From contig OZ024766.1 of the NCBI GenBank assembly GCA_964016885.1, positions 16,616,001-16,680,000 on the forward strand: 64,000 nt of DNA. The letters are read 5' to 3'. Of this stretch, positions 58,185-64,000 are shown piece by piece (within the stretch, counting starts at the first letter, position 1; each line of letters begins with the position of its first letter). The notes below the pieces were generated by a model, which saw nothing but the letters and a program-made list of their open reading frames with translations, ran no database searches and was not told the DNA's origin. The position numbers and the translations under genes are program-made. This DNA comes from Eledone cirrhosa (taxonomy: Eukaryota).

Positions 58185-60375
58185 TATCTCTATACATATA
58201 GAAAATGGACAGAGTGTGTACTTCACTGAAACCACTGCTTATCAGTTGACACCAGCACCACCTGACACTACTCTAACTGCTTTTTTGGAACACTGCCAGA
58301 ATAAAGAATTTGTTCGATCCCTCCTATATGCTGACATCCCAAAATACTACAACTGACATTAGAAGAAGGGACTAGAAGGAGCAGTCACTGGAGTAGCCAA
58401 TTAAATAAGACAGCCATGGACACCTGTATGACAACTGACATTGGAAGAAGAGACTAGAAGGAGCAGTCACTGGAGTAGCCAGTTAAATAAGACAGCCATG
58501 GACTCCTGTATGACAACTGACATTGGAAGAAGGGACTAGAGGGAGCAGTCACTGCAGTAGCCAGTTAAATAAGACAGCCATGGACACCTGTATGACAACT
58601 GACATTGGAAGAAGAGACTAGAAGGGGCAGTCACTGGAGTAGCCAGTGAAATAAGACAGCCATGGACTCCTGTATGACAATTGACATTGGAAGAAGAGAC
58701 TAGAAGGGGCAGTCACTGGAGTAGCCAGTGAAATAAGTCAGCCATGGACACCTGTATGACAACTGACATTGGAAGAAGGGACTAGAAGGGGCAATCACTG
58801 GAGTAGCCAGTTAAATAAGACAGCCATGGACTCCTGTATGACAACTGACATTGGAAGAAGAGACTAGAAGGGGCAGTCACTGGAGTAGCCAGTTAAATAA
58901 GACAGCCATGGACTCCTGTATGACAACTGACATTGGAAGAAGAGACTAGAAGGAGCAGTCACTGGAGTAGCCAGTTAAATAAGACAGCCATGGACACCTG
59001 TATGACAACTGACATTGGAAGAAGAAGAGACTAGAAGGAGCAGTCACTGGAGTAGCCAGTTAAATAAGACAGCCATGGACACCTGTATAACAACTGACAT
59101 TGGAAGAAGGGACTAGAAGGAACAGTCACTGGAGTAGCCAGTTAAATAAGACAGCCATGGACTCCTGTATGACAACTGACATTGGAAGAAGAGACTAGAA
59201 GGGGCAGTCACTGGAGTAGCCAGTTAAATAAGACAGCCATGGACTCCTGTATGACAACTGACATTGGAAGAAGAGACTAGAAGGAGCAGTCACTGGAGTA
59301 GCCAGTTAAATAAGACAGCCATGGACACCTGTATGACAACTGACATTGGAAGAAGAAGAGACTAGAAGGAGCAGTCACTGGAGTAGCCAGTTAAATAAGA
59401 CAGCCATGGACACCTGTATAACAACTGACATTGGAAGAAGGGACTAGAAGGAGCAGTCACTGGAGTAGCCAGTTAAATAAGACAGCCATGGACACCTGTA
59501 TGACAACTGACATTGGAAGAAGAAGAGACTAGAAGGAGCAGTCACTGGAGTAGCCAGTTAAATAAGACAGCCATGGACACCTGTATAACAACTGACATTG
59601 GAAGAAGGGACTAGAAGGAACAGTCACTGGAGTAGCCAGTTAAATAAGACAGCCATGGACTCCTGTATGACAACTGAGATTGGAAGAAGAGACTAGAAGG
59701 AGCAGTCACTGGAGTAGCCAATTAAATAAGACAGCCATGGACTCCTGTATGACAACTGACATTGGAAGAAGGGACTAGAAGGAACAGTCACTGGAGTAGC
59801 CAGTTAAATAAGACAGCCATGGACTCCTGTATGACAACTGAGATTGGAAGAAGAGACTAGAAGGAGCAGTCACTGGAGTAGCCAATTAAATAAGACAGCC
59901 ATGGATTCCTGTATGACAACTGACATTCGAAGGAGAGACTAGGAGCAGTCACTGGAGTGGCCAATTAAATAAGACAGCCATGGACACCTGTATGACAACT
60001 GACATTGGAAGAAGGGACTAAAAGGAGCAGTCACTGTAGTAGCCAGTTAAATAAGACAGCCATGGACTCCTGTATGACAACTGAGATTGGAAGAATGGAC
60101 TAGAAGTAGCAGTCACTGGAGTAGCCAGTTAAATAAGACAGTTGTTTGCTACTATACTCACAGCATGTGGAATAGATCTCATCTACCCTGGCAGGAGCAC
60201 AAAAACAATATGTCAGACGACTATCTACACCTAGCCCAAAGACGTTATAGCAATATTTATGTGGAATCTACCTCCAGGATTTACCATCAACCTCTGTGCA
60301 ACCTGTCCCATTGAATTCCAGCAATGAATAGCAATGCGGGATGCCAGAGCCAGAAGAAATTGAGGTAACACAATC
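58185..60375 (+). mobile_element. Degenerate Helitron Rep fragment with internal deletion (unit 7)
   Basis: IPKYY joins directly to the 82-bp array at about 58351. Confidence 0.85.
58354..60141 (+). repeat. 82-bp minisatellite, about 21.7 copies
   Basis: Same monomer; three copies carry an extra GAA. Confidence 0.97.
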
Positions 60376-61877
60376 AGTTTTTCAGGAGACAAACCATGAT
60401 ATTGAAGTGTTGCGTAAGTTTGTGGATGAAAATAAACCTTGACTGGTGGATGACCAGAAATATGCCTACCACAACATCATGAAAAACATTCAACATGACA
60501 GCACCCAGCACTCACTGTAAATGAGGTTGGCATTAGGAAGGGCGTCCAGCTGTAGAAATCAAGCCAGAATCAGTTCCCGTCCCACCCTTGCAAGCAGGGA
60601 AAAAGCGGACGAGAAATGAAATGATGATGAATGATGATGTCCCTCCCATTTTTTCAATAGGGTCACTTTAACGAATCAAAAGATAAATAGCAGAAAAACA
60701 GGCCCTAAAATATATTTTCCGTGCTATTTCTAACTTCACCTTTTCTCTATATAGAGAGAGAGAGCGAGAGGACAATTTGTCATGTCTTCATTACATTTAT
60801 TGAGCAGTGAAGCACGTTTTGCTATCGATCAGCTCAAGGTTTGATCTGTATTGATCTAGCTTGACTCTGGAATCAAAAGCTTGTCAGACTTCTGTTGTGG
60901 TAATAATGTTACAATCCCTAGATATCATCATCATCGATTAATGTCTATCTTCCTTGCTAGCATGGGTTGGACGTGTTTGTCGTATTTAGAAGCAAGTTAG
61001 GTCGGGTGACCGTGTCTCGCTCATATATATATATATATATAGCAGGCGCTGCAAAAAAAATCCGGAAACTAACCATGCATCCCAGACATGGCTTCATATG
61101 ACCCAGGCGGGCAGGTGCAGCAAACAAACGTTGCATACCTGACCCTGTGCGTATCGACAATGGTAGGGTTGTAACCATATCTTTTAACAGAGAAAAAAAT
61201 TTTCCGGGAAAGACTGCCCTCACACCAGCTAGAGTTACCTCCCTTGACCTACTGCAACATCAAAACACGCTTTTTTGCAAAGAATGAACTCTGACGTGAA
61301 CTTATCTCTAAAAACACATTCTGGGCCATGTAAGGAACACTTTTTAGTTATTTATACCCTTGAGAAGCCCATCCAGGTGAAACGTACATCTTTTAACGGT
61401 CTGTTCTGCTATATTTTACTTTTCCACGTATATATATATTTATATATATATATATCAACTAGAAATTGATTGACATATAAATAAACATATGAAACAATCA
61501 CAGGGGATAATTTGTAAAAGTGTGTAAGCACACATAGCTCGGTAGGTAACTAAATAAATTTAACTAGAACTTCAAAAATAGATACCTTAGAAAATGATTA
61601 ATCTTCCTTGTATATATTCCATTAAAGAAATATATTTCACCAATTAATCGATTGGTAAACGACAGTAGCCAGATCTTGGATTCTCAACAAGGAAGAAGTC
61701 CAACCATCTGTGTTTACGCATCAAGTTCAAATCAGCGACTGACCAGTAACACGTGCTGTATCTACTAAAAATACACACATCATACCAGCTTCGTCCCAGT
61801 TGCGTGAATAGGGTTATTGACAACTAGAAACAGCAGTCACGTCCTTTCAACAGAGTTATCTCTACAATTAAGGGGCC

Positions 61878-62033
61878 GTATTTATATATATATATCCAAA
61901 ATTAAGATAAATTAAAATAAAATTAATCTATATCAAATTATGGTTGTAATGCTTTCTGGCATGACACCCATAATTTGATATAGATTAATTTTATTTTAAT
62001 TTATTTTAATTTTGTATATATATATATAAATAC
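61878..62033. repeat. Long palindrome with ~74-bp central deletion, unit 7
   Basis: ATTATGGTTGTAATGC joins TTTCTGGCATGACACCC. Confidence 0.9.
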
Positions 62034-62333
62034 AGAGAAAGAGAAGAGTAGACAACAGACAATGACAAAGAAGAGGAATTAACCACCCCAGTATTTCACT
62101 GGTATTTCATTTATTGACCTCAAAATATCGAAGCAACTTTACCTCAGTGGGATTTGAACTCTGAGAACTAGAACAGACACTGAAAATATATCAAGATGTG
62201 CACACATGTATATAAGAACACATATAAACATACACATACATATACACACACATATATACACAAATAAAGATAATCATTTTCATGGACAGAAATTTCTACA
62301 CACTGACATATACACTCATACATATATATATAT

Positions 62334-62456
62334 ATAGGAAAATGTTTAACCCCGATGGCAGAGCTCAAGCCATTTCGACGGTTATGTCTGGACTGTTTCC
62401 AGAAATAGCCGTCGAAACGGATTGAGCTCTGCCGTCGGGGTTAAACATTTTCCTAT
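62334..62456. repeat. 123-bp hairpin, unit 7
   Basis: Same inverted repeat. Confidence 0.9.
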
Positions 62457-63338
62457 TACCCGCTCTACTACCCTAAGTATTGAGTACTCTGGTGCGTATA
62501 TGGTCCATCTGGTTCTTTACCACACCTCCTTTGTTATATATATATATATATAAAATTATAAGAAACGAAAGGAGCTGTGTGGTTACTGTAAACAAAGTTT
62601 AAGATGGTAATATGGATGAAAGGAGAAAATAAACCCTTCATCAGCTGTAAACCGAGATCATAGATGTTTTGGCACATATATATATATACAGTGTTTGTAA
62701 ATTCTGTAACATACAGATTTGTCAGCACAAGTCTTGGTTACAACTTCTACAAATAAAATGAAAGGAGAATAATTTCAGAACAAACAAGTTTTATTCAAGA
62801 CATTAACAACATTGGTGGCACTATTTTGGGTGAGTGATATGGTTTTTATCTTGTCTGATTGTGTTTCTGTTACATTAAGTAACCTTATGTTGGTACCACA
62901 ACATTTAGAAAATGATTTACCACAGACATCACAGTGATAAGGTTCCTCTCCTGTATATGTTAGTGTCTAGTGAAGTCACAACATTTAGAGAATGATTTAC
63001 TGCAGATATCACAGTGATATGGTTCCTTTTCTGTAAATGTTAGTGCTGAGTGAAGTGACTTATTTCAGAGAATGATTTCCCACAGATATCACAGTGATAT
63101 GGTTTCTCTCCTGTATATATATGTTTGTGTCTAGTTAAGCTAGCTTTTATAGATAACAATTTCCACAGATATCACAGTAATATGGCTTTTCTCCAGTATA
63201 TATTTATGTTTGTATGTAGTTAATGTAGCAATACAAGAGAATAATTTCTCCACAATATCAGTGGTATGGCTTCTCACTCATATGAATGTATTTGTGTCTA
63301 ATTAATTTACAATTTTGAGACAATGAGATATGACTTTG

Positions 63339-64000
<662 letters not shown>

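Overview
AT-rich eukaryotic DNA, most consistent with an octopus-type (coleoid cephalopod) genome. This assignment is an inference from the [16 protein letters not shown] finger style, the SINE families and the (TA)n/(CA)n content. The whole window is a head-to-tail tandem array of about 7 copies of an 8.3-10.1 kb unit. On the + strand each unit reads: 77-bp SINE-tail tandem repeat with a small hairpin; a dead Helitron Rep fragment with an 82-bp minisatellite expanded inside it (about 4-28 copies); SINE remnants; a ~225-bp spacerless palindrome; a 123-bp hairpin; a tail of degenerate zinc fingers; a minus-strand poly-C2H2 zinc-finger ORF (16, 10, 19, 14, 19, 18+8 frameshifted, and at least 7 fingers); and a putative intron holding two opposed RTE-type LINE RT fragments, a tRNA-derived SINE with target-site duplication and a 115-bp repeat. 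Flanks are near-identical between units, while the finger arrays are reshuffled in whole 84-bp modules. Units show higher-order relationships (2~4, 3~5, 1~6) and mosaic exchange. There are no prokaryotic features and no CRISPR. Boundaries of degenerate elements are approximate.
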